This document shows positions 50,836-64,000 of a DNA stretch of 64,000 bases, one piece after another. Numbering within the stretch: position 1 is the stretch's first letter; each line of letters starts with the position of its first letter. The stretch is from Azolla caroliniana (taxonomy: Eukaryota; Plantae; Polypodiophyta), in assembly GCA_043228905.1 (NCBI GenBank), contig JBHGNT010000017.1, positions 3,038,001 through 3,102,000 of the forward strand. Reading direction: 5' to 3'. The notes beneath the pieces were generated by a model. It searched no databases and was not told the DNA's origin. It worked only from the letters and a program-made list of their open reading frames with translations. The position numbers and the translations under genes are program-made.

Positions 50836-51690
50836 CTAGTTGGAAGTCCCCAGTTTTAACGCTCATCTCTTTCGACTTGGCTAAGACTTGGTCATTAAAG
50901 TGTGCGTTCCACTTCTCACAAATTTTTAAACAAAATTGGATAACCTTTTCTCACAAAAAAAGGTGGATACGAAGATAATGACAAATAAGTGGAAGGACGA
51001 AGTCAATGAAGAATAGGTGATAAAAGCTTGAGTGGGGAAGGTTGAAGAATGATAAGGATTAACGAGAACAAGGTTGATAAATGCTAAGAATCAATCAAAA
51101 TAGATTAGTGAATGATAAGGAGATGATATAGATTAATCAACATAGATTAGTTGATGGTATAGATTATAATCAAGATGATTCGTTGATGATAGGTTCAGTC
51201 GTTGATATATACGAGAAAGGTTTATCGATGACTATGAAAAGATTAATCAAAGAAATACTTATTGATCTTATTGATAATAGTAACGATTATTGAAGAGTTT
51301 TGACCAGTCTGCAAGGATTATTTACATTGACAGATTTCATATGTGATGACGATTCAAGGATTTAACACGTGAGCTTTTACGAAACCATCAGGATTTATGG
51401 CACGACCTTAGCCACGAATTGGATAGAAGAATTTCAGCAAGCATCAATCCTGTAAGTTATACATGCATAAATGATACAATCGTAGACGAGAGCAATACTT
51501 ATACGCAGGTTCAAAATTAGATTTACACAGATTTCTTTCTATCTACGTTTTGCATTAGTATATTGCACACCTATTGTTATAAAAAAAGATCCAAAATAAA
51601 CAGGTTCGTTTAGACGGCTACTTTCTGCAACTCTTTGAGGTTCGTTCAGTAAAACCATTTGTGTAATTCTGGATGCAGCTTCATCGTGAC

Positions 51691-53124
51691 CTAACTATTT
51701 AAATAACTGCCGAGGAGCTCCTGAGCATTTTTTAGGCGGAGTTTCGTCTCTTCATTCTCGCAGTCAACAATTGCCATTTGACGTATTTCCTCCTCCCAGC
51801 TTTCTATTTGAGATTGATGAAGTCTGCAGGAAATAGTTAAGCAAACTTTGACGTCGTTATATGGACCTATGCATGCAAATGTGACCAACAGGAATTAGAG
51901 ATTTAAACGTAAGTAGGTTTTGTTTTAAATTGAATGCGCTAACACTTCACAATATGTGGATTTCTCTATGCTAATATTCTTGCCATTCATGAGTATACAT
52001 TATCTGTAATGCATCTGCAAATTATCAAAGGATACTCAACAAGGCGGTCTTCAAAAGCATTTACTGTTTCGGTGAAGAAGTTTTTCACCTCCTCCAGAAG
52101 TCCAGAAACCTGTCATGATGGTCAGACAGAAGGTATTATAACGCTAAGCGGAGATTTCAAATTTCAAGCAATTTACCATGGAGGTAGGGGCCAAGACAGT
52201 AAAGCCGTCAGCTTCAAAATAGTGGAGGCAAACAGCGTATATTTCAACAGTAATAGATCATAATTACTACGTGACATACAGAGCTGGAAAGAAAATAGCA
52301 ACGTAAGGGGTCTGGAGATATTGACGCCGGAGAAAGAAAATATCTGGAGATACTGACGAGGGAAAGAGTGAGAGAAAGTCAGAGACAGAGAAGAATAGAA
52401 GACAGTATTGTTCTATTAAAGGATTATTTTCGTCTGTTCAGTTGATGTTATCGGTCTACTTAATCCTGCTCTCGCATAACATTAATGGGAGATTTTAGCC
52501 ATGATCCAAGATGTTGATTGTGCTTATTTATTCTAATTACGATTCGAGCTGTCTTTTTGTCTTTCAGTGTGTAGTCTGTATTTATTTGTTTTCTATTCCG
52601 AATGACACAGTATAGAATACGACATAAAAAAAGACAATGGTCGACACAAAAAAGGGAAGGGATTAGAAGCAAATTTTCATACCTGGTGCGTGAAGTTGTC
52701 CATTCTCTGACGAATCTCCTGTATTCCAGACTCCATTTCTACTGACATGTTGATTCTTTCCTGACATTTATCCTCAGAAATTTCCATTTCAACCACAATA
52801 TTATCCTTCTGTGTACTGTTCTCGCTAGCTGTTCGCTGAGCAACGTCAACGCTAGTGTGTACTTCAACGTTCTCTTCCACGACATCAGTATTGAGATGTC
52901 CTTCACGGCCACGATCAAAGCTAGATTCCCCCGCTACAACCTGGTCTGACCTCACCTGATCAAAATAGTGGCAAAGTATTGCAATTATATAATGCATTTA
53001 CAGAAAACTATGGCTCTGATCTAGAATGCAAATTCTCGTTCTTTGTAAATGGAATCCAAATTATGCGGACTTGTCGTGGTTGTCTTTGTCGCTTAGCTGG
53101 TCTCTTCTGAGATATGAACTCCAT
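51691..53124 (-). CDS. Small acidic coiled-coil plant protein, 4 coding exons; resembles the KNOTTED1-binding protein 36 (At5g03050-like) family
   Basis: Spliced product MEFISQKRPAKRQRQPRQ / VRSDQ...IQEIRQRMDNFTHQ / VSGLLEEVKNFFTETVNAFEDRLVE / LHQSQIESWEEEIRQMAIVDCENEE...NS*, with GT-AG sites and a 5'UTR exon ending near 53427. The family match is from memory. Confidence 0.7.
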
Positions 53125-56100
53125 CTTGCGCAGGGAATTCAAACTGTCCGCTGGGAAACAAAATGAAGTAAACGATCATGTGACTGGGTCAAGAATTCAT
53201 GGAATTTAGACAATAACATGTGATTACCGTTGCTGTTATTGAAATTAAAGTGAGGAACATGGAACATGAAACAAAATTTTGCTTTTAGCAGCGTTAATTA
53301 AGCTGAAATATTGGATCAACTGCTCTCAAGGTGTGAAAGAAGGGAATGTTGTAAATGAAAAGTGAGGAATGGATGAATGAAAGTTTTTCTGGGTGAAGGC
53401 GATATGATGGAAAGAGAACTGGTTACCTGTGGTGGAGCTCGGCATGTAGATCGATCTGCCACTGTGGAGCTTGGAGAAGAGAAACGGGAACACGCGATAG
53501 GATCGATGTAGCCCCTAATATTCTTCCGCACTTTCTTCAGGCTGTGTCTATGTGTGCATGTTTTTCTGCTTTTAAACTTTTAACTCTGCAAAATAAAGAC
53601 ATAGAGACAAAATATAATCCCATATACTTTGCCTATAGTTATAAATATGTACATACATAGCCTTCTAACGATAAGTTGATGAACTTTCTTGTATAGTGTG
53701 ATTGTTTTGGAGTTACTCAATTTGTGAGACATTATTCCCATGGATGGTTGGAACTTGGCGTGCTATGTACCATAATATAAGCAAGTACTCTCAAGGATTC
53801 GAGGATCTAGTCATAGATATACATACCAACACATGTCAACCACCATGCACCCAAAGATGAAAATGTATGTAAATCATTATAGATCAATTCAATTCAATGT
53901 TTGTTGACATGTGTTTGTTTGTCTATCGTCTATTGCTATTGCACATTTGATTCATATGTTGTTTTCAAATAGAGAAGTTCCAACTCTCTCCATGAGTGTC
54001 ATGAGGTTAAGTGCATGATATATGATTATTTAGATATATCCAATACCCATGACAAAGTTGTATTACTGTTTTGAACCTTAGAACATGAATTACATGTTTC
54101 TCCCTTATAATTAAACAAACATGTTGCTTTATATTATTAACAACATATATGTTCCATTAGAGCTTGTAGAAATCACATTATTCTTCGTAGCTTTTGATGC
54201 CTTTTTGTTACTACCAAATGTTTTTGCAATAAGGGGGACTTAAATTTAGATTTGGAGAGTGCACCATCCATGAGCTTTTTTTTTCACTCATTTGTCAATG
54301 GCATGTTAGAATTACATTCCATAGTTAAATCATTTTCTCACTAAACAATATTAACATTACATTATGCAATTTATCATATTCTCATTAGACATGATTTTGT
54401 TAATCTCATTGTTGATGTTCCTTTTCGTTGAACATGGCTTTCCCTTCATCTACAATGTTCTTCATGCAAATTAATTAACCATCTATTGCATTCACACCTA
54501 GAACTAAGAAATGAATTACTCTTATTACTCGATTAGAATTGTCACGGTGAATGCATGTGGCAATAATTAGGAAGTATATGTGAAACACCATGGTTGCTAA
54601 CTAAAATCCAAATGAGTTGTAGCTAACAACTTATATATAACCCCCAAACCAACAATGAAATAAGATAGCAATTTATTTTGACTATAGTCAAACTGGACAA
54701 TAATCAAAACAAAAATGTTTATACAAACAAAGTTCCAATTTGCACAAGTATGCAATTAGTGTGTTATCCAAAACATTATAAATAATCAATGACAATTTTA
54801 TATTTATACTTCCATATAAAACATGTGTGAACTCCTTTATTGACGACCAAAGACTAGCTTATATTGTTACGCATTGTATGTTGCTGAGTTAGATGTGCAT
54901 CAGAGATTAAGAGATTCTCGTGGCCTATAATTAGGATAGTATGACCAATGCATTCTAAATCAAAAGTATCCATTGCATCAATCATAAAATGCACATCATG
55001 CAAGTGATGCAGAAAATTGGGTACAAAAAAACTAAGATATAGTGTGCCATGGATACCTTTTATAGTTGCAACGGCCAAATTGTTCTTATATGATATTACA
55101 AGACTAAGAAAAATAAATAGATAGAAAGTCCATGGGAATCCATTGCTCTGTGGGATTTGTAAGAATACATAATTATGACAACGTTGGAAAAGAAGTTCAA
55201 GAAACAATTATAGATGAAATTTTACATTCGAATTGATAACATTTTAGCAATAGGGAAATTCTCCAATAATTTTGGCTAATGAGAAAGATCGAACAACCAC
55301 GACATTGATGGACATAATATAATGTTAAGAATATCAAACACAAAATAAAATTAGCATATTGAGAAAAAGGAAAAACTTTGAAATTTCCCCTAAGTCTTAT
55401 CTATTTCCCCAAACGTGTCAAAGTTAATATTATTTTCCAAATGATCAACCCAAACTCGAATATAAATATGTGTTATTCGATCAATAAAATGGTAAACTAA
55501 CCCCGACTTTTAGCACTTCTCCCAATATAATGAATTAACCACTAACCAGGCAAGCCATGTCCACTTGGAAAGCACATGGTTCATACCAAGGTCAAACCAA
55601 TGTCGTGTCAAAAGTTGACATCCACGACCAAGCAGAACTAAACATTCTCCTTCTTGTTAGAAAAGTGCGATTTGTTTCTTCTAATGCTTGAAAAGTGTAT
55701 GGTATATGACTCTGAATTGTTGTGTCGTGATAACAGACTTCAAGAATATCATATATATTTTAACTCAATAATGTCTTATCCAGATAACAACATGGAGCAA
55801 GATATTAAGGTTTGTCGTTGCAAAATAATAATAATGCATACCATAAATTGGATGCACATGTCTATCAAGGAAAATAATGTCATGTTTTTTTAGTTGTAAT
55901 AAACTATACAAGGCTCTGAAAATTGCAATTTCAACTATTGGTTGTATGAACGTCAATGACCAATGGGCTTGTTATGTGAAAGGGAACTTTTGGGGTTTCC
56001 AATTTGTATAAAAGGAAGGGCAATAGCCGTAACATCAAAGGGGCCATCGTGAGCCATAACTTTGGGGTTACCTTTTGGTCCTTATTCTCTAACCTCTACA

Positions 56101-57476
56101 TCTAGTAAGCGCCATCAGTATAGTGTTTTCACCTAATTATTTGAGATATATATGTTATTTCTTTTTAATAAATATCTATTTAATTGAGACACCTCTTATG
56201 TTTCATATACAATGATTGTCCATTTAATCGAGACTAACACGTGATTAAGTGTGTCTTAATTTGTATTAACTTAAGAAGTCTTTGAGGCTTAAGTGGTTGA
56301 TGGGGTATGTTAGAGCGATGGTCTAACGTAAGCATTTGATAAGGATAAAAGATATATGAAACAAGAAAGGAGAGAGAGAAAGAAGGGTGCCGATCCACCC
56401 AACTATCCCTGATGAAGGGATTGAGATAGACTCGAGCCTCGATCAACGTCCCATACCACTGTCGTGGCGTCAAGTCGTACATGGTGCTAGCATGTTCACT
56501 ACAAGAGTTGACCCACCGCGAAACAGAGTCTCGACGTAGTAGTCAAGTGATGATCAAATGAGGGTAGCTAGGCCTCATATTTATAACAAGACCCAAGGGT
56601 CCCAGGCAAGTTCACACTTGGCCTAACGGGTTGTCTTAATCCCAAGGATTAAAAGTAATCCTCCCCTTCTTTACACTCTCGTTTAGCCCTCGCACTTATC
56701 CACATGCATAGAATACTACGGTAAATTCTCATCACGGGATATTGTATGGTCATGCCCGTAACAAGGTAAGTGCTTTTATAAGTTGATGTATGACATAATC
56801 ATACCCATCGGGGAGTGACGTTCCCCAATAATCTAGTTAGCCCATTGAGAGGAAGGCAATCCACTAGGACGTGGCAGTGAGCTAAGGAAGTGCAACACTC
56901 CAAGGCATCAATTATGTTAATCCCTACGGGAAAATGTGATTCGATGTCATGTATCTAATAAAATTCTTTAGACATCTACGAGGTTTTACAAACTAAAATG
57001 GTTATATTTAAATATGAATAAATACACACTCCTTTATCATTTATACATGCTTGCATATCTTAATAAGCAACATGTACAAAAAAGGTAGATGTCTAAAGAA
57101 TCAACTGTCCTAAAACCCCTTCAACTGTAGATGGTATGCAATAATTAATACAAGCATGCTCTACACCGAATCGACCGCATAATTGTTGGAACTTGGTTAT
57201 GACAGTTACTATACTGTATGCCCTACGCCAAAATTCAATCAACGATCCTCGTCTTTGTCAAAGTCTACACTGAATATCTAGCTTGCAAGGCGAATAGTTA
57301 TGCCATTCTATCTCGGGACTTTCGAGCACCTTCAACAAAGTTCTTGCCACAACTCTCTTCTCTCCCTCCCCTCCCCCCCCCCCGCCCCTTTGGTCCCTGC
57401 CCCTTCTCCCCTGGCCCCAAACACACACAAACACAAAGGAGAGAAACTCGAGTCTGAAATCTTTCCTTTCCCTTGT

Positions 57477-57484
57477 TTTCCCGC
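57477..57484 (+). promoter_or_regulatory. Canonical E2F binding site in the ORC6 promoter/5' leader
   Basis: TTTCCCGC (consensus TTTSSCGS) ~115 bp upstream of the ATG of a replication-licensing gene. A second E2F-like TACGCCAAAA lies at ~57224. Confidence 0.75.
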
Positions 57485-57595
57485 CAGATTTTCACATACA
57501 CGTAACACAGCTATGGCGATTCCTTCTTGCAATATTCGGTGGGGCGTCGACGCAGTCATCGTCTTCTCCTTCTGCTTCTTCTTCTCTCTTTGGCA

Positions 57596-60500
57596 ATGGA
57601 TTTGCGCGACAGGCTCGGCATGTCTGGATTTCCTGCCGTGATCAGAAAAGCGCAGGAGCTCGAACGCCTCAGTAAACTACAGTTCGACTCATCTGCCTTT
57701 GGTTTGGTTAGTATTTTTTGCGTCTCTCTTCTTTATCCATCTCGATCTTTAAAATCTCACTCTGCTATTTCTGGTTTTTTCTTTCACAAAGGGGGAGGTC
57801 TGCAAGGCCGTCTTATGTTTCGAGATCGCGTGTTCTCTGTAAGTGTTTTTCGTCTTCATACACACCTATTTTTCTTGCTTTTCTTTATAAAGCTTCTATT
57901 TGCGCATATGAACGTACATTTACGATTTTGTGTATAGTGACAAAACATATGAATAAAAGGTAGCTTTCAGTCTTGACCTTAATGATGCAGTGTATTCTTT
58001 CGTGCCAACACGGTTTATGATTTCGTTTAGAAACGACCAAAAGGCGATCAATGTGTCTGCGGTCCTAACATAGTGATACTTTTCTATATAATTAATCCGG
58101 TATGACTTATATAGTATTGTTTAGAATTATTCTTAAAGCTTGGTATAAGATATAGTCACCCAGACTTATCAATGAAATCTCCCATTTAAACACGCTAACA
58201 TGCTTTATGCTATCGTTTAGAATGGTCTAAAGACACGTGAAATAGAAATTTTGAGATATTGCGGATAGTTAATGATATCTTGTAACGTGCAAGATATTTT
58301 TTTGGAAACCCTATGGTATTATGGCGTGTCTATAGGAATACTGCAGTTGTGTTTGCCAATAATTGGAAAAGATAGCATATGACCTTTGAAATTGCTGATT
58401 TCAATGGACGCCATAGATGATTCTAATTGCTATTTACTTCTCATCTCTTACAATGTTGCAAAATAATTTATGTGGATTGATTGGAACTTAGGCCCGTAAA
58501 GTGGAAGCAGTGCTTATCATTAGTGAAGTATATAACTGATAATATATGATGGAAGTAATGTTGGAAGAATATGAAAATTTATATTGCTGCTTAGGATAAC
58601 TTTATGACACAAAGCAAGTTGTCAAAAAGGTAATCAAATTTGAGAGGCCTTTGCTACTCAATTAAGGTAATTTACTCTATTTCAAATAAAGGACGAGGGG
58701 CATGGTCACTATGAATGTAATGCATCAGTATCCTCTACATCATCTCAACCAGGTTTTACTTGTATTCTGCTGTGATTATAGCCCTTGCATGATGCAAGAA
58801 TAACATTGATGTGAATAAGCAACTAGTGCACATTTCTAATATCATATTCTGGCAATGGTGAAAGAACGAGATGGATTGATCTTTGGTTCTCATACTTATT
58901 GATTGTTTTTTGTAAGGTTGCATGTTGATTTTGATCGACAAAAAGCTGTACGAGTAAGTGGATTATCAGAAAAGGCTTACATAAGATCTTTAACAAACCT
59001 GCAGAATGCTCTTGGTTTAAGGTTGGTTTTTCATATATGAGTGGACAGTTTAACGTTTTAAAGCATCCAATATAAATAATAGAGTAAATTTCAATTGCAT
59101 CTTTTCAGGCCAGATTTGAATGTGCGGGAGTTAGCCATTCAGTTTGGCTGCGTGAGACTCATAGGTTCTGTTCATAAGACTTTGGCGGAGTATGTTTTTC
59201 AGTATTGGTTGTTTGGTCAGAATAAAAACCAACTCTTTATATATGCTTGGCTTCTCATGGATAGATTTTTGATTGAAGGTACAAAAAGAGGTTTATAGCT
59301 GCTTTGCCAGAATCACGCAAAGGCCATGCTGATTTTGGGCGTCCTGTGTTCACAGCTGTTGCATTTTTTCTCTGTGCCAAAAAGAATAAGGTATGCTTAA
59401 AGGGGTAGCACTTTCTTTATGTGTTCATGTCTTCATAGGAAGAAATAAGGTATCACTGCATTTTTATTTGGATTTGGGATATATAGTTATAGAGGATGGA
59501 TTTATAGATGTATCATTCAATTGCGTGCCATGCTGATGAATCAACTGCATCATTTAATGATTAAATTCAACCTTTGGAAGATGGCAAACATTACGTTTGT
59601 GTTGTTTGTGCAAAATATTCTTTAATAGAAGATGAGAGCCTGAAAACAGAGAGATGTTGATGTGTGGCCTCAGCTGGACATTATCCTATAAAAAATTAAT
59701 ATGGTGTTTTATTCAAAGCCCATTGAAGGAAGGTAACAAAACATTCACTGAAGGATGAAAAAAATCAGAGGCCTCTGCACTCCATCTGAAGTGTAAGTTT
59801 GAGATCGTAAATCACCATAACTGTGGAGATGTTATGAGTTTAAAATAGTGGAATAGCTTCATGATTAAGCATGGATGCTATTATTGCAAATTATTTTTAG
59901 ATTTTGTTGAAGAGAAATTTTATAAGGTGCTGGATTGTTTGCTTGTCATCCGATAATTTTGACAGCTGAAAGTCGACAAGATACGCTTAATGGAGATATG
60001 TGGTACCTCGGAATCGGAATTCACATCGGTTTGTCTCTTGTACTTGATAATTCTTTTGCCCACATGATTATGTCGAAGAGACATTTGAGCAAGCATTTTT
60101 TTTGCAGGTAGCAACATCTATGATAGATCTTTGTTTGGACATGCTAGGTGTTCAGAAGGAAAAGAAAGACTCAAAGTCTGTGAAATGTAATAGAGGTAGA
60201 CTTTCTCATATGTTCCAAAACTTATTTAACTATGATATATGCTTACATGCTACATAACCTTTAATGTGAGGGAAAACTTGAAAATGTTCCGCCATATTTT
60301 CTTTGTTTTCCTCCAATGTCTCTGAGTTTCTTTATTTTTTTATACCCACACTTGCATATAACACAATTCTCACTTCATAGATTTGCTAGATGCTTTGCCA
60401 AACAAGAGGAAGCATGAAGATGACTATTCAGATAGTGATATTGATTCAGCTGATGAAGATGGGCCTGAGGTATGTTGGTTATCCAAACATCTTTGCAACC

Positions 60501-60913
60501 TTTCATTTTTTCTGGTGGTACATCTTCATTATATATCATGGAATTTATTTTCTTTACCAGGTCCCAGGAATGGACCCTTCAAAGAAGAAATCCAAGGCTT
60601 CATATGAAGCGTGGAAATCATCGATTATGACAGCCAAGGGAACAACAAAATTAGCTGCAGGTAAAAAATGAATAATTGCGGTGTTAAGATTAATCGTGAG
60701 GTTGCATCCACAAAATATAATATTAGTAAGCAGAACATTTGTATATATGTACATAATTATAGTCTGCATTTGTTCTTGAAGATGGTTATAAATGTGTGAC
60801 TGCTGTTAAAGTAAAGATGCTAAATTTCAAACTTGCTTGCAGAATTGACCAAGAAAACCAAGCAATCCACTTTATGTTTCTTGAAAGCCCCAAGTACATC
60901 AGCATGTGCATGA
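57596..60913 (+). CDS. ORC6: Origin recognition complex subunit 6, 10 exons, ~288 aa
   Basis: Exons 57596-57706, 57792-57838, 58917-59021, 59109-59189, 59279-59390, 59966-60028, 60108-60195, 60381-60469, 60561-60660 and 60843-60913 join in frame. Plant ORC6 motifs QFDSSAFGLGEVCKAVLCFEIA, LNVRELAIQFGCVR, ADFGRPVFTA, LKVDKIRL and YEAWK. Confidence 0.95.
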
Positions 60914-62923
60914 GGAATGCAAACTCGTCTAATAATATCTAATGTTAGAGCCATCCTTGTGAGAGTATATCATGATTAATCTGAGCATGATAAAATAGAA
61001 CCGTTGTTAGTAGTAATCATTTCTTGATAGTTAGGTGAATACTTCTCTAAGAGTAAATGGAAGTATTTCCGTCTTTCTTGTTTTCAATGGTAGGAAAGGA
61101 GACTGTACTCCAATGAGTGTATTTCATGTTCTAGCATGTATTTTAATGAAAAGGGGACGACTTTGTGTATCATAAGGGATAAAAGGTAAACCGTTCATGG
61201 GACATGAGTTGCCTACAATGTGTTCAATGTTGCATAGAGTTTGATAACTATTAACAGCAATGTAAGGTAACATTACATGTATGAGGATGAAAACTTTAAT
61301 ATTTCAAAGGTGAGTTGAAATAGTGGTTCATTTTATACAAGTAGACTACAAATTCACAATGCCACCCTTCATAACTTTTTCCAATTATTGAGTGCATTAT
61401 TATTATGATTATGAATTGTGACAAGTATATGGGCAAAACGTATTCTTAATGAAAAGACGAGGATTAATCTGTGAGGTCACACCTTCGTGCTTGATCTGCA
61501 TCCAAAATGGCGTGGACACTGAAATACACATTTGATGGCCTCAAAATTTTGATGTTGAAGCAACTTCAAAAGTTTTGAAATTTTGTGGCTAAGGAGAGAA
61601 TTAAGCTAATAAGTAATTTTTGTTCAAAGTAAATATGCCAAAATATGTAATAATGATGAAATTGGTGAATGCTTGAGGAAAGCTGTCATCACAAGATTAA
61701 TAAATTCAGGAAATGGCAACCATCACCTTGCAGGATAAAATGATATCATACCATTCTCCTATCACTATTGGATATGACTAGTGTAAGAGCATCTTGTATT
61801 GTTAATAAAAAGACAATGATCAAATTGTAAGGTCACATGTTTGTATGGTTGCTACATCCAAAATGGCTTGTCAGAATTGAGGGGCAAAATACTACGGAAA
61901 ACTTGGGCAAGGAAGAACTTAATCTACTAATTCTTTGTGTCCTATAAAGGAACTAGCTACTAAATCTTCATAAATGTTTATATTCAAAGGAAAGATGCCA
62001 ATGTATATGCCAGCAGCCACATACTAATGAAATAAATGCCAAAATCTGTAACTTACTCATGATAATTGATAAATGATATATGAAAAAAGCAAGTAAATTA
62101 TAGAAAAGGCAATCATTCAAAAAATATAAATATAAATATAATTAGAGTGGAAGTTACGTCCAACATATTATATTATACTAGTCTAGATGTTGGGTACATG
62201 GGGACTACATTGATGAGAGTGCACTTGTATTAGAATTTCAAAAAGCAGAAGTTAATTGGATTGGAGGTTAGTTCCAAGGTATTGTACTAGTTTAGATGTC
62301 AAGTACATGGGAGAAACAATAATAAGGGTACATTTGTAATAGAATTTACACAAAGATAAAAAGTGTAGTGGTTACAATTAATTATTTAAATAGTTTAGGG
62401 AATGTACATTTTGTATGCATACCTGGGTGAAGAGGACCAAGTAGATTAATAAATTATGGAAGTCCTAATTAATTACATTGTGAGAAATTGATGGAAGGAA
62501 GAAATCACTCAAGACGAGAATCATTTGGGAAAACTAAAAAAATAATTATAATGCCCACTGGATGGTTATCTGCTAGCAATAAGTTGAAAATTCGGTTCAT
62601 ATTATAAAAACACCCCCCCAAATATCGATTTTCTAGATTGGTAATGTCAATTGATTTGGAAGAGGATGTGCAAATAATTACTATAAATAGGTATTTTGAT
62701 TGATGGCATTTGGACTACCTACATTAATAAATGAATGCATCTTGTAGATGACAAGAGTATAAATGCACTTATAACTGAAGACACCAATGAAACGGAAGGG
62801 ATTTTAACCAAACCTTGATTATAAATTGGCAAGGAATCTAGATATCAAAGTCAACAAATATAATCATAAATAACTAATAAGAGATGATGGAATTGGAGAA
62901 TAATGGGCTATATGACTGCATGT

Positions 62924-62931
62924 ATATAAAT
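62924..62931 (+). promoter_or_regulatory. TATA box of the Cys-rich peptide gene
   Basis: TATATAAATA ~100 bp upstream of the ATG at 63028. Confidence 0.6.
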
Positions 62932-63027
62932 AGTACCAAAGGGAGGCCAAGAAAGTATAGTGAAAGAATTTTAGCGCTTGAAATTATACAAGAAACAATA
63001 TATAGATAGAGAGAGAGAGGTAGAGAG

Positions 63028-63339
63028 ATGACAACAAAACAAGAGAGGGCAATAATGATGGTGGTGATGGTGTTGGTGTCATTGGTGTATGTTATCCAAC
63101 TAGAAATGAAGGCAGCGGACGCGGTGTGTGGCCCGGCCATAGTTACAGGCCTATGCGATGAACTAGGGACCGACTCAACTAAATGCAATGAATATTGTGA
63201 ATCATGCCACCCTACATCCCCAGCCACATGTGGCACCACTGCAACTGATTGTTCATTGTGCACCAATTGCACTGCAGGTGTTTGCGCCGGACCTGTTTGT
63301 GGTTGTGTGGCTCCATGTAGTACCGCTTGCTCTAATTAA
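63028..63339 (+). CDS. Intronless secreted cysteine-rich peptide (103 aa, 14 Cys in the mature part)
   Basis: Hydrophobic signal peptide ending in AADA, mature ~71 aa with 14 Cys including CxxxC and CxC, GC-richer than its flanks, TATA box and GA-rich leader upstream. Confidence 0.8.
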   Translation: MTTKQERAIMMVVMVLVSLVYVIQLEMKAADAVCGPAIVTGLCDELGTDSTKCNEYCESCHPTSPATCGTTATDCSLCTNCTAGVCAGPVCGCVAPCSTACSN

Positions 63340-63475
63340 TGAATGGATGGGTGAAAAATGAATGTCTCTGTGACCACGGTGACAAACTTGAGGGTACTTA
63401 CTTGTAATAATAAATCTCATGCAAACAATGTGTTTGGTATGATGATCAATAATTCCATCAAGTTAGTTTTTCTTG

Positions 63476-63479
<4 letters not shown>

Positions 63480-63518
<39 letters not shown>

Positions 63519-63552
63519 GTCTCGAATAACTCTGTCACCCCCCCCCCCCCCC
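63480..63552. repeat. (CT)n and poly-C tract
   Basis: Directly visible. Confidence 0.85.
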
Positions 63553-64000
63553 TCTCATGTTAGGGTTGTACTTCACGACAATACCTTTTTGTTTGTTAAC
63601 CTATGCACTTGTGTTCTCAAACTAGTAGGTTTTAATGACTAAAAGCTAACGTAGATTGTAGGAGGTTATATTAACACAAACTTCATTACACAATGAAGCC
63701 TAACATCCAATGTTCGCATAATTAAATACTCACATAAATCATCCCAAAATTGATTTGTGAGATTACATTATAGGGTAATAATCTACAACACATAGAGCCG
63801 TAATGTTGAGTATGAGCATTTACTAGACTTTGGACAACACACTCTTATATTGGCGGAACTTGATGAATCTTGTTGTCTTTCAGTAGTACACAACGTGCAT
63901 GATTATTGACATGTTGATCACACGTGCTACTAAATGATTATTCTATTAAAAAAAGTGTACGTTCAAATCATGCATCATTTACAAAACTAACATTTAATGG

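Noticed and set aside
50502-50859. Repetitive ORFs with periodic Cys/Trp
   Set aside because: Translations of the ~78-bp minisatellite.

Overview
Gene-dense, intron-rich land-plant nuclear DNA. A compact non-seed plant such as a fern is plausible, but that is inference only. Host genes, left to right: farnesol/phytol kinase (+), cofactor-independent phosphoglycerate mutase (+), 3-hydroxyisobutyryl-CoA hydrolase (+), a GPT1/2-like microtubule protein (-), cytosolic pyruvate kinase (-), a small coiled-coil protein (-), ORC6 (+) and an intronless secreted 14-Cys peptide (+). Other elements are a Copia relic, a tRNA-derived relic and hAT-type MITEs with 8-bp TSDs. The outstanding structure is a ~13.9-kb composite Mutator-like insertion (27903-41806) inside an (ATGT)n microsatellite. 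It comprises a MULE with a broken transposase but an apparently intact zinc-finger/Ulp1 SUMO-protease gene, a fold-back inverted copy of its own end, and a 6.3-kb inverted copy of the neighbouring ORC6 promoter plus exons 1-6. The ORC6 copy is joined through 6-bp microhomology exactly at the exon-6 splice donor. This creates an in-frame ORC6/transposon chimera that lacks the ORC3-binding C-terminus, and a likely source of antisense ORC6 RNA. A 100-N scaffold gap sits in the palindrome, so that part needs long-read confirmation. Exon coordinates were read by eye.
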